Part shown: positions 13,555-25,238 of the stretch, one piece after another | How the letters are laid out: each line of letters starts with the position of its first letter | Position numbering within the stretch: position 1 is the stretch's first letter | Notes under the pieces: generated by a model | What the model was told of the DNA's origin: nothing | What the model saw: only the letters and a program-made list of their open reading frames with translations | The model's database searches: none | Position numbers and translations under genes: made by a program | Origin: Antedon mediterranea | Taxonomy: Eukaryota; Animalia; Echinodermata | Reading direction: 5' to 3' | Length of the DNA: 64,000 nucleotides | Assembly (NCBI RefSeq): GCF_964355755.1 | Contig: NC_092677.1 | Span: 25,717,175-25,781,174 of the forward strand

Positions 13555-13895
13555 TGTGTGTTCATTATCTGCCTGTGTGTTTATTATCTGCCTGCGTGTT
13601 CATTATCTGCCTACGTGTTCATCATCTGCCTGCATGTTCATCATCTGCCAGTGTGTTCATTATTTGCCAGTGTGTTCATTATTTTCCAGTGTGTTCATTA
13701 TCTGCCAGTGTGTTCATTATCTGCCCGTGTGTTCATTATCTGCCCTTGTGTTCATTATCTGCCCGTGTGTTCATTATCTGCCCGTGTGTTCATTATCTGC
13801 CCGTGTGTTCATTATCTGCCCTTGTGTTCATGATCTGTTCGTGTGTTCATGATCTGTTCGTGTGTTCATTATCTATCTGTGTGTTCATTGTCTAT
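13555..13895. repeat. 19-bp minisatellite (~18 copies) immediately 3' of the NOP10 stop codon
   Basis: Unit GTGTGTTCATTATCTGCCC with variants. Confidence 0.95.
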
Positions 13896-13899
13896 TTGT

Positions 13900-14597
13900 T
13901 CAAAAGGTAGGTTTAGGTTGTTGTGTCAAAAGCTGGCCAAAGCGTTTCTTGATAGTCACCCTTTGTCTACTGTATTTGTCATCAGGTGAAAACCGAGCTG
14001 TTATAAAAAGAAAAAAAGAATTATAAAATATAATTAAGAAATACTACTGTTTTTCAGAGCTTTTCTTAATATATATTTAAATATTTGAATTAAAATTACC
14101 TGGATGTGCTGACAAAGTTGGTTTGTTATTCATATCCATTTTCTGTAAATGAAAAATAATAAACATTAAATAATAAAATAGATGAAAAACACTTTATTCA
14201 AATAATGGAAAATTAAAATTAATAATCAAATCCAACCAACATTACAAAATAAAGACAACATCTCTCACTGATAGTCACAATCTAGCAAGATGACCTCCAA
14301 TTTTCAGAAACCAACGCAAGGCTAGGCCTAGCCTAGACTAACTGCCTAATGAAGGTTACGCTACCTACCTAGCCTAAAGACAGTAGTAGTAGTAGTAGTA
14401 GTAGTACTAGTATACTACTAGTAAGTAGAGAGAGGAGGCCTAGCTTTTTACGTAGTAGTAGAGTTTACTTACTAAATTATTGTGATTTTGTCTTCTCTAT
14501 CTACTGTGTGTATAGCTTAATCAGTATAACAAATTATACTTACTTCTAGTGTATATATTCTATCACCAGTTTCATTTAAATAATACATTAAAAACAT
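13900..14597 (-). CDS. NOP10: H/ACA ribonucleoprotein complex subunit 3
   Basis: Exons 14597-14544, 14142-14100 and 13997-13900 give 64 aa [64 protein letters not shown]. Not in the ORF track. Confidence 0.96.
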
Positions 14598-14663
14598 TGT
14601 GAATTAATTTTGGTAACAAAGTCTGCGTAAACAAAAACCGCAAATAAAAAAGAAACTGTTTCG

Positions 14664-14708
14664 CACGTGGTATCGAAAATGTTATCGATATAGATCAAAG
14701 CGCCCTCT
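14664..14708. promoter_or_regulatory. NOP10 proximal promoter motifs: E-box CACGTG, DRE TATCGATA, AGCGCCCTCT
   Basis: CACGTG 14664-14669, TATCGATA 14682-14689 and AGCGCCCTCT 14699-14708 lie between the NOP10 ATG and the first tRNA. Confidence 0.45.
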
Positions 14709-14756
14709 TTGTATTGATTGCTCAATACACTTAAAGATATGCATCTTCCGTGTGGA

Positions 14757-14829
14757 GCCCGGTTAGCTCAGTCGGTAGAGCATCAGACTTTTAATCTGAG
14801 GGTCAAGGGTTCAAGTCCCTTATCGGGCG
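14757..14829 (+). tRNA. tRNA-Lys(UUU)
   Basis: 73-nt cloverleaf GCCCGGTTAGCTCAGTCGGTAGAGCATCAGAC-TTT-TAATCTGAGG...GGTTCAAGTCCC...TCGGGCG followed by a poly-T Pol III terminator. Confidence 0.96.
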
Positions 14830-15464
14830 ACTCAATTTTTTTTTTATTCATCAAATAATTTGAATTGTTTGAAAAATATTGATATACATTTGAAAATAAT
14901 TGATGGCAATATCGTGCTATCCTATTTGTTAGTAAATAGTGTAAAATAAAAATTTACTGTTTAGATCCATCGTTTATGGAGTGAGTGCAGAATCTGTTTG
15001 GGCTTTAGCCTATTCCATGGAGTTACTCCATGCCTATTCTCATTCCTGGTTATTTTTACATTGATGACCGAATAAATATTATTATTATTATTATATTATA
15101 AATCCATCGTTTTCATATACATTTTTCAGACCTATCAAATTAAATATCAAATTTTTCAATTATTGAATTTTGATACTGTAATATGAATATTGGTTCTATG
15201 ATTATGTAAAATCTATTTTTCCTAATAGTTTATTTAATTCGATTGTTTTCTTTAAAGGAACATCCAGAAAGATTTAAAAATGGAGGTATACAAAATATTT
15301 TTAACAATTTACTATATACAATTTGCTTATACCCTACTGATCATTCAGTTTTGGCTTGTAAAATCACCAAAAAAAGACAAAAAGAGACACGTGTGACACT
15401 CTATTCAAATACATTAATGAACTATTACCAATTAGCTGACCCATTCAACACCTGAGAGTGTGAA

Positions 15465-15537
15465 GCCCGGTTAGCTCAGCTGGTAGAGCATCAGACTTTT
15501 AATCTGAGGGTCAAGGGTTCAAGTCCCTTATCGGGCG
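15465..15537 (+). tRNA. tRNA-Lys(UUU)
   Basis: Same 73-nt sequence with D-loop AGCTGG instead of AGTCGG; T-run terminator follows. Confidence 0.95.
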
Positions 15538-15948
15538 ACGTAATTTTTTAAATCATCAAATTATTGTAATATAATGAAAAATTATCAAATTATTGTAATA
15601 TAATGAGTACTGTATCAATTATCCTCTATTAATTTAAAAACTTATGATTTATAAAATAAACACTCATATACAATTATCAAATTAATTTAATTTTTCTAAT
15701 ATGAATAAATGATAGGAATGTGTGCTAGATTCTAGATAATTATGTCTTTTCTAATAACATTTAAAATTGGAATGTTCTTCTGCTGAACATGGAGGTATAA
15801 GAATTATTTAATCTTACACAAAATTAATTATCTTTATACCACCTTGATCGGAGATAAATTTTGACTGGAAGGTAATCCACAACAACAAAAAAAGTCAGAA
15901 CTTATTGCTAATTAAATGACCCTTTGTTCACCCCTGCGTGTGTGTGGA

Positions 15949-16021
15949 GCCCGGTTAGCTCAGCTGGTAGAGCATCAGACTTTTAATCTGAGGGTCAAGG
16001 GTTCAAGTCCCTTATCGGGCG
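15949..16021 (+). tRNA. tRNA-Lys(UUU)
   Basis: Identical to the second copy; T-run terminator follows. Confidence 0.95.
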
Positions 16022-16757
16022 ACTCAAATTTTTAATCAAATAAAATAATAAAACAAAACGCCTTTCCTATTTGTGAGCTTTTATTGAAGGTTTTCTAATC
16101 TAATAATTTTTTTTTTTACAGTATTACGAAAAAACTAAAAAAAAACATAGAGACAGGAATAATTTCTATATATTTTTTTCAGGAAAACAGTCTATTTATA
16201 ATAAATAGGTAAAAAAGAAAATAACCACACTTATATTTACTGCACCTTTTTACAAAATTCAGGCCATATAATTTAATTCAAATATGTTTACAACTTCATA
16301 TGTTTACTGTCTGACTTTGAAAAACATACTTTTTTCTGTTTTTTAAAATTTAATTTTTATGTAAGCCTAAATTATTATTATAAATTAGACAACATATATT
16401 GTACATTATGAAGTATGTGATGGTTCTGCAAAAATCTTCTCTTTGATAACATAGACTTCATGTTACTACAAATGAGGCAAATAAAATTGCTGTTAATGAC
16501 GTATATTTAAACTTTTCCATAGCACAATAAACACCAAATAAACAAGCGAATATCATTTAACAATTTTATTTGTGTTTCTTGTTTTTATTGTTTTCCATAT
16601 TTCTTCCTTAATTGAAGTTGATTGATGCCGATTGATTGATACAAATGGACGAAAAGTTAGTTACATCAATATTGTTAGTGTCGTAACTTTATTTAGGACG
16701 ATGGTAATGCACTGGTTAGTTTAATGTCTGTGATAAATTCTGTACATGTGGCTGAAT

Positions 16758-18857
16758 TCACAATACAACACCACCACCTGAGTACTCCATTCTCTGAAAG
16801 TAAAAGAATAAAAAGTTGTCATGTTTAGTAGAGAAATGAATGAATACACAGGGATCTAAACACTTTATTTTAATGTACTTGTCAATTGTATAACCCACCA
16901 TCTATCCGATGTGCGCCATATCTTATGAATACCATGACGCACCCCTGCGTCAAAAAAGTGAGTTGCCTTTTGGTGACCATGACGCATCCATTTTGATCAT
17001 GATATGCTGGTTAGTAAAGTAATAGACATTGATGACACACCATTGTTCATTGATGTGATGTACCATCTAGGTTTTTGACGCACCTCTGTGTCAATAATTA
17101 TTTGTAAATGACACATCCATGACGCACCTCCCCCGGGGGGTTATACAATTGACAAGTGCATTAGCATGAAAATATGAAATATTTCGCAGTTTTTCGCTGC
17201 TCATACTTGACAAAAGAAACTAAACGACTTACGGTTTGTGGATCAAGAAACGACAACCAATCAGAAGCATAGAGAGGCAAAAGGCCCATAGACGAGCATT
17301 TGTACAACGCTAGCATGACACCCATCATGTTTGAACAAAGAAACACGGTCTTCTGGAATATTGCCTGGTTGCTTCCTTCCAGCATTTTAAAAGCTGAAAA
17401 AAAAAAATCAAATTAAGGCAAATTAAAACCGTTATCAAATCCATTATTACATTTTAAAAGCAATTATGATATACCAAGGCAATCTAACAACATGATGGTG
17501 AGCTCTGGAGATCAAAGGGTTTATCTGTGGCTGCGACACGATCAGTTCAATGACCCTTAACAGACATGTACTATGTATATAGGGAATATGTACATACACA
17601 GATCTTTGCAAGGTCAGTGTCCTGTTGTTAATATGCCTTGGATACTAAACCAAAGAGGTTATATAATAGAGTAATCACAGCTCTAGAAGCGTCACCATGT
17701 GTAGAGAGAGGGTCCAAACAATGTACTTACTTTTTTTGTGTTGCATTATGGCCTGTATGGGCCTCCATACCATCATTCCTACCATCATAATCGGGAATAT
17801 TGAAATTGAATTACCAGACATGTACATGATAAAAAGATTCATTGGCAATTGTTTTAATGGTGCTAGCGCGATATCCCAACATTTCTGTAAAAAACACAAT
17901 ATTTAATAAAAATAAACATTATTAATCAAATCACACGATACAGGCAGATGTATTGATGCAGGTCACGTGTCCATGTTGCAGCCAATAAGGAATGTGCTAA
18001 TATAATAAAGTCACAGACTGCTTGATATTAACTGACTTTTTTTTTTTGATAGTTGATCATCGAAAAGAAAACTTACCTTGTCGACTAAACTTGAATTGTT
18101 GTCGCTATCTTGTGACGTTACTTCTAAATTCCGATTGGATGATGTAAAACCGACGGGGGCATCTAATTCTTTGCCATGACTATGTCTAAATTAAAATAAA
18201 CAATTAAATTATTATTAATTGTATTTAGATTAAGAAGATTTTTCTCTTCACAAAGTTCAAATAATTATATTTCATTTAATATTAATTACTCTGTACTATG
18301 GTATTTCTAATCGATAAAAATCAGCATTTATATTATAAACAAAATTCTGTATTATTTAATACTGTATTAATTAGTTATTACGGTAATTAAAATAGAAGAT
18401 TTTACTCATTTGTCAAATCAATAATAAAAAATATCGTTGTAGTAGCTAGGCCTAGATAGGTTGAACAAAACAGAAATATACTGATCATATAAAATTTATA
18501 ATGATTAATTATAGGTTGGCTAGGCCTTATCATCACTCAACCAAGGTAGGCTTCACATTCCCTCTGATAGGCTTTGCCTCCCTCTAGTAGTAGTAGAGCC
18601 TGCTTAGCTAGCCTCCTTCATATAGTTTTTATTTTAGGCCTAGGCCTAGCCTACTAGGTAGCCTTCTAGCCTTCTGTTTTACACGGTTCCTAGCTAGCCA
18701 AACACATAGTAATCAGCATAATAATGCTAACAACATCTACGTATATGATTGATAAAAAAATCACATTTTATACTTACTTAGTATTGAATTCAATCGACCA
18801 TTTATGTCGATATTTATTACGGGCTGCTGGTCCACTCAACTGACCATGATGAGCCAT
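16758..18857 (-). CDS. EMC4: ER membrane protein complex subunit 4
   Basis: Exons 18857-18778, 18185-18077, 17884-17731, 17393-17233 and 16793-16758 (540 nt, in frame). [38 protein letters not shown]...[32 protein letters not shown]. Confidence 0.95.
16877..17158. mobile_element. Short palindromic non-autonomous element in EMC4 last intron
   Basis: Inverted ends ACTTGTCAATTGTATAACCC ... GGGTTATACAATTGACAAGT with internal CATGACGCA repeats. Confidence 0.6.
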
Positions 18858-18950
18858 TTTTTTTTTCTAATGATCGACTGACTGAAATAAAAGGTCACAC
18901 AGCAGCAGGTCAATGACACACCACGTGGTGTAAATAAAGACATCGGTGGT
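18858..18950. promoter_or_regulatory. Compact bidirectional promoter EMC4/NGDN
   Basis: Less than 100 bp separates the EMC4 ATG (-) from a + strand donor GTAAGT at 18948 (probable NGDN non-coding exon 1). Palindromic CACCACGTGGTG E-box at 18919-18930. Confidence 0.55.
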
Positions 18951-19486
18951 AAGTAAGTGGTCATAAACTGGTAAAAATATACATTATCCATTAATGATTC
19001 GATCTAAGAATGTTTCCAAACGAATATTTCAAAATCATTAACCAACCAGGTTCCCGGAATGGTATAGGGTAGTAGAGAATATATAGAAATTCTTTTCTAG
19101 GCTAGGCCTGGCCCTAGGGCAGGCCATGCCAGACTAGGCCTAGTTAGGTTAGGGTACTCTTCTAGGAGGGAAAGCTAGCCCTAGTCTAGGTAGGACATGT
19201 TCCATGTGTTAGGCCTACAATGTGGAGTACACACTGATATAGGCAATGCTTTAAATATAATCGCTTGATTGATTTGCATTGATGCTTATTTAGTCCTCAG
19301 TCGATTAAACTTATGTTAAAACAGTAAAATTCTGTATAGCCTATTAAGTATTAATTATATTATTCAATATTATTAAGTATTATATTATAATTTTAAATAA
19401 TAAAAATGTTCAGTTTGTCAATAATTAAAAAAATGTGTTTTAGAAAATAACATTTTGATTTCCATTTTATATTTCAGATTTGAATC

Positions 19487-22400
19487 ATGGATGAAAATGT
19501 TGACGTACAGCAAACAATTTCACTATTTGAAAACATTCGCTCTCAGGTCTCTGGTCAAAGTTGTTTTAATGATACTTTTATTTATACCCAAAACATTCCA
19601 GCTAAAACAATGTTAAAAATCTCATCAAAATGATTCAGTTATACATCCGCTCTCAGGTCTGGTCAAAGTTGTTTTAATGATACTTTTATACTCAAAACAT
19701 TCCAGCTAAAAACAATGTTAAAAATCTCATCAAAATGATTCAGTTATTCATAATTTAATTCACTTCATACACACTATTTATTGTTATAAAATAAATAATC
19801 AAATCCTTTAACCCATTTATAGAATGTTTAAAAAATTTGGTTAATAGGTGTCAGCGGTCAAAACACAAGTGGAATCCATTTTCAAAAGAGTAAAAAATGG
19901 AGAAGTATCAACTGTTAACGGCGTTAGTTTTCTAGATGTTAAACATCATCTGCTGCTTAGGTAAGTATTCCATGGATGTGTTGCCGATTTGTAGGTTGGT
20001 GGCGCTTTACTGATCGTAACGCACCAGTCATGATCTATGGAGTACTGATTGTATATTTAAATGATGATAATAAATAACATTTATTTTATTACTTTCAATA
20101 TAACTTACTTTTTTTCAATAGTTACATCATGAATTTAGGTTTAGTGATAATGAGAAAATCTGAAGGACAGCAGATCAGTGGAACTGCCGCGATTCAACGA
20201 CTCATAGAAATCCGAACAAACTTAGAAAAAATGAGACCAATCGACTACAAGATACAGTATCAAGTGGACAAGTTGATCAAGACAGCTATCACAGGCACTG
20301 TTGCAGAAAACGACCCTACTAGATTTAGACCAAATCCAAACAATTTAATTAGTAAAGTATGTGGTAGGCTAGAAAGTTATTTTAAGCTCTGTCTACAAAT
20401 TAAAGAGGGATTTTGAAAATGTAAACATATATATGCATGCATATAAGCTGGCACTTTCGATTTGCATGAACAAATTGCCATAGGCTTAGGTTCGTTGGAA
20501 TATGAAATGGTTCCGTGGTACATTCCCCCAATTGTCTGCGTCTTTTAACTGTGTTTTAATTTCAACAGCTTGAAGACGAGGAAGATAGTGAAAGTGATGA
20601 AGAGGGTACTTCAAAATCAAAGAAATATGTGCCACCAAGGGTAGCAGCTATGCACTATGGTATGTTGTTGGTAAATACATTGCGGAAATCCTCAAGTAGC
20701 AGATTTAGCAAAGGGAGGGTGGTTTTAGTTTAATGTATTTAGTTGGTATTTATTTATTGTTTGTCAGACAATGTTTTTAATTAATGATAACCTGTTTCTC
20801 TTTGTAGTTGATGATGAGACGGTTGCTGACAGAAGACAAAGACTGCTGGAGGTGGCAAAGAAAAAAGCATTAAGTAGTACAATCATCCAAGATTTAAGAG
20901 GTAAATCCTATAAAGATAGGTCAGAGGTCACTTGCATAGCATCAGGGCTAACCCTCTGTCTACACTATCAAATTTTATGTGCCCATATATTATATATAGA
21001 CATGATGATGTCATATCACTACCATATTTGGGCACATCACACTTTTTTTGTAGACAGAGATTTACATACTTCTGGAACGGAGGTACTCAACTACTAGAGT
21101 ATTGACAAATATGATTGTTTCATTTAGCTTGCAATTTTAAAACAATTTCATCTACTTTTGATTTTTTAGATGAATACGATGATGGACCAGAAGAAATCCG
21201 GGTAAGTCATTTTATAACAAAGAACTGTTTACCATATAGTAGTAAGTTGTCTTAGCATTAGTGCAAATAGTGCATTCTTATAACACCAAGTAAATTCCAG
21301 TCATTTGATTGGACGATTGTGGGTCACATGGCATGCAATAGTACACACTATTGAACTATTGAGATATAAACATTCATTTGCATATTATGTAACACCTAAA
21401 TAAATTCCTGTCATTTGATTGGACGATTGTGGGTCACATGGCATGCAGTAGTAAACACTATTGAATATAAACATTCATTATTTGTATAATAATTATTTTG
21501 ATTGACAGGAGACTGTGAACTTCCATAAACAAAAGCAAGAAAGGGCTGCAAAAGAAAGGAAAGAGTAAGTAAATTAAAAACACTTGTCAGAAGTAAATTG
21601 TCTTAAAGGTCAGGTATGAATTTTAAATATAATATTTGGTTAATTGTACATAAATAAAATATTTGTAACATACATCATGACGAAAAATAAATTTCCCCTT
21701 TAAAGGGGGATTCTGGGTTTAAAATTGCTTTTAAATATCGTTTATTTATTAAATAAAAAATATTATAACAATATAGACATGTCAGAATGAAGAAGTAATA
21801 ACGAGAAATTAAAAAAATTAAATTTCATATACATTTTAGGGTAAATTCATGGAAAGTCTGTTTTTCAGCAGCTTAGGGAAGCTCATTAATATTCATGAGA
21901 TATTCACAAAATCACGTCATCAATGGATTCCAAACTCGCGACGTCAAGCTTGTACGTGTTGTAATTGTGTTCTCTCTCCCCTGTCAAACGACGACCACCC
22001 GATCATTGTGAAATACATTTTTTGTAGATTTTCTAAGCTAGGCCTAAAGTGTAATAATAACAGTAGTAGCATATATTTATTTGACATTTAATGAAATACA
22101 AAATTTAGTACAGATTACGGAGTCATAAATTATAATATTTTTATACCTCGAATAGTACAGATCGTATATCGGCTTCACGTACTAGGCTAGGCCTGGATAA
22201 GCAAGCCTGCGAGCAGCGATTTTAATTGCTTTTGCTTATCCTTGCCTCCTTAGATTTTCACCTGTCTTGTTTTTGTTACCTTGTTTTAAATGTATTTCGA
22301 TTTTAAAGGCTAAATAAAGAATGAATGAATGAATGAAGGCCTAGCCTAAATCATTTTATTCATGGGTGAGAGCCATTTCTAACTAGGGATTCCATGCCAC

Positions 22401-25029
22401 GATGGCTACGTTAAAACATTGGGGCCATCATTCATGGGCCTAGCTAGCCTATTACTAAACGATTGGCCCATAAATAACAAAACTCAGTGGATTCCAAACC
22501 CATCCTATCAACCAAACTCCTAAACAATCTAAACCTAAAACGTTCTACAAAAATCGGCTGTAAATATTGAGGCAAAACAAGGTCCGATCGCCGTCCGCAC
22601 GTATGGTGTCCCGATCGTCTAATAAGTAGGCCTAAAATAGGCCTAGTTTACTCTCCAAAAAAGCGGATACTGCATCAAGCAAGTAGACTGGTAGTAGGAA
22701 GGAGACCTAGCCGATCCGGCCCAGTTAAAAATTGAGCTAGCTAGTGTAGTTGACCCTATGCGAATTGATACTACCAGGCCTTTTACTATAAGCTACACTT
22801 GTTAAAATTAGCAATACTGTACTTATGTTTACAAATATTCCAACTCTCTAATTCGAGCTATATTATCTATACCATTCTGGTAGGTCGAGTCAACCTTCAA
22901 TCAAATACTGTACATCGTTCATGTTGTGATTATAGACGGGGTATACTCGACCCGACCAGTTTGGTATTGTATACTGTATCTGCTTATCACGTGACGATGC
23001 CAGGCGTGGGGCAGAGAGAGCACATGTATCGTCGTCGCGCTCTCCTCGCTCAGCAGGAATGTATACGTTACGCTTCATTGATTTTGAAGGCTTTCCCTAA
23101 GTCAGTGCGAAAATCGGCAAACGTAAAGTGCAAACTTATCTAATTTTTCACTGTTTTGATTGATTTTCATAGAAAATTGACTTTATAAATGGGAAGACCG
23201 ACTAAAATTACATCAGATAAGTATAATTTTACAAAAGTAATTGATATGGTTAATGATAACGAGTCGTCGGAAGATTGACCATTTCACGAATTTCCTATTC
23301 TGTAACCACAGTGTGATTTTGCCGTAGCTGCACTTGCAATCTGGCCTCATTTCACAGCCTTCGTTCTGCTTCACTAGGCACTTATATACATTGAAACTTT
23401 TACCATTCAAGAGACAAACAAATATATTTTACATTTTTTACTATTCATTTTAAACCCGGAACCCCCCTTTAAAATGGTCAAATACAAAATTTGGAAAAAT
23501 TCTGCTATAAAAAACCATACAGACTTTTTTTCAGTAGTTAGGTAGATTAACGTTATGTAATTAACATGTCTGGTGACTCCCTAGATTGGTCTGATATTTA
23601 TTTGCTACACTTCTATTCCAGATATGAGGAAGAATATTTCAAGAGGTTACCAGTGACTAAAAAGGAAAAAGTATGTCTGGGAAAAATGATATTATTTTGC
23701 TTTTAATAAAATGTTAGCGAAAGTAATAAATATATTAAAGTAGCATACATATAAAAAAATTAATTATTCATATGTTTGTTTTTGTGAGTAATAATAGGGA
23801 GGTTTCGCAACGCTACGAATACGATAACGAAAACGGATACATCACACGTGTTCGTTTTCGTAAGCCAGTAAAAATCTGGCAAGAAATATTGAGGCCGTCC
23901 AAAATATGACTGCGGTAAATTTGAGCGAAGCGCATGTACATGTTTCTTGGCTGCCTAGGCCTAGCGTAACATCAAAGCGAAGCACATGTACATGTTTCTT
24001 GGCTGCCTAGGCCTAGTGTAACATCAAAGCGAGTGAGGACTTTAACAACTGTTATTTACAAAATTTACCTGGCATTTTAGTAAATTTCTTTTAGTAAATT
24101 ACTTTCAATAAATCTATAATTATATTATAATCATGAATAGTTCCTGATTCAAATGCAAAATGTGCAAAATAGATCAAAAACTATACTCGTTTTGTAGTTA
24201 CGAATATGACTGATCATATTTGTCAACACGAATATGAAATGGGGATCAGCTCAAAAGTTTCACAAATGTGTGATGTCGTTTTCGTAAGGTTGCGAAACCT
24301 CCCTATTAGGCCTTGTCTACACTATCAAACTTTATGATAAAAAAATGTGATGTGCCCATATGGACTTATTGAACGTATGGCTTTACTGGTGAAGATGTAT
24401 CGGAGGATATCCACTAATTATTTTTTTATTTACTTCAGCATGCCCAGAAAAGAATGGCTACAATGTCTAGTCTGGATGGAATCACAAACTTTGGTGACAT
24501 ATCTGCATTGTCTCAAGATCTTAATGATGACCTTGACAGATTTCAAAGCAAAAAGAAGTAAGTTTAGATTCTGTACCCTGTATAAGAAAGTAAGTCAAAA
24601 ACATGATAGTAACCACCAAACACATGAGGGCCTCTCTGCTAAACTGTAGTTACAAACCAAACAGACGAGGGTCTGTCTGCTAAACTGAGTGTTACAAACC
24701 AAACAGACGAGGGCCTGTCTGCTAAACTGAGTGTTATAAACCAAACAGACGAGGGCCTGTCCTGTCTGCTAAACTGTTGTAAACCAAACAGACGAGGGCC
24801 TGTCTGCTCAGATATCAACTAATAAAAAAAAAAATTTTTTTTCAGAAAGAAAATGCCAAGTCGGGTAAGTTTTGAAATATTATGTACATACATAAATATG
24901 GTTATTTACTCATGCTGTGTGCGTAGCTTTCCCGTATAAAAGTTTCACTATAATTTACATATTATCATACTTTCTTTTTAGCTACGAAGAATTCTGTCAA
25001 AGAAGAGAGGAAAAAGAAGAAAGTTCTAA
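19487..25029 (+). CDS. NGDN: Neuroguidin (Sas10/Utp3/C1D family, Lcp5 homologue)
   Basis: Exons 19487-19546, 19848-19960, 20122-20356, 20569-20659, 20808-20900, 21170-21201, 21509-21564, 23622-23670, 24439-24557, 24846-24864 and 24982-25029 (915 nt, 304 aa). GVSFLDVKHHLLL, RLIEIRTNLEKMRPIDYKIQYQVDKL, FRPNPNNL, KKYVPPRV, YEEEYFKRL and a basic tail. Confidence 0.93.
21704..23468. mobile_element. Non-autonomous Kolobok-like DNA transposon (~1.77 kb) in an NGDN intron
   Basis: TTAA target duplication (21700-21703 and 23469-23472). TIR AGGGGGATTCTGGGTTTAAAA / TTTTAAACCCGGAACCCCCCT with AG...CT termini. No long ORF. Confidence 0.75.
23795..24305. mobile_element. Non-autonomous TIR element, copy 2 of 7913-8425
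   Basis: Same TIRs and body, with an internal ~50-bp tandem duplication at 23927-24030. Confidence 0.85.
24615..24808. repeat. ~39-bp tandem repeat (~5 copies)
   Basis: Unit ACAAACCAAACAGACGAGGGCCTGTCTGCTAAACTGAGTGTT with variants. Confidence 0.85.
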
Positions 25030-25238
25030 AGACATTTCTACAAAAGAGCGTTTGGCTTTTATTTTACAGTATCTTACATACAACAATCAGTCACATGCTC
25101 TGTAGTTTGTATTTTGTTGTTTGAAAATAAAGTTGAAAAGAAATAAGTTTCTTTAGCTTTAACTTTAAGAAATCCAGATTTTGTTTTAGTCTCTGCAATC
25201 TGTAACATACTATTTGCGATGTCTTTCTGTACCTGTTG

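Noticed and set aside
13494-13910. Three overlapping Cys-rich ORFs
   Set aside because: Translations of the 19-bp minisatellite, antisense to the NOP10 3'UTR.
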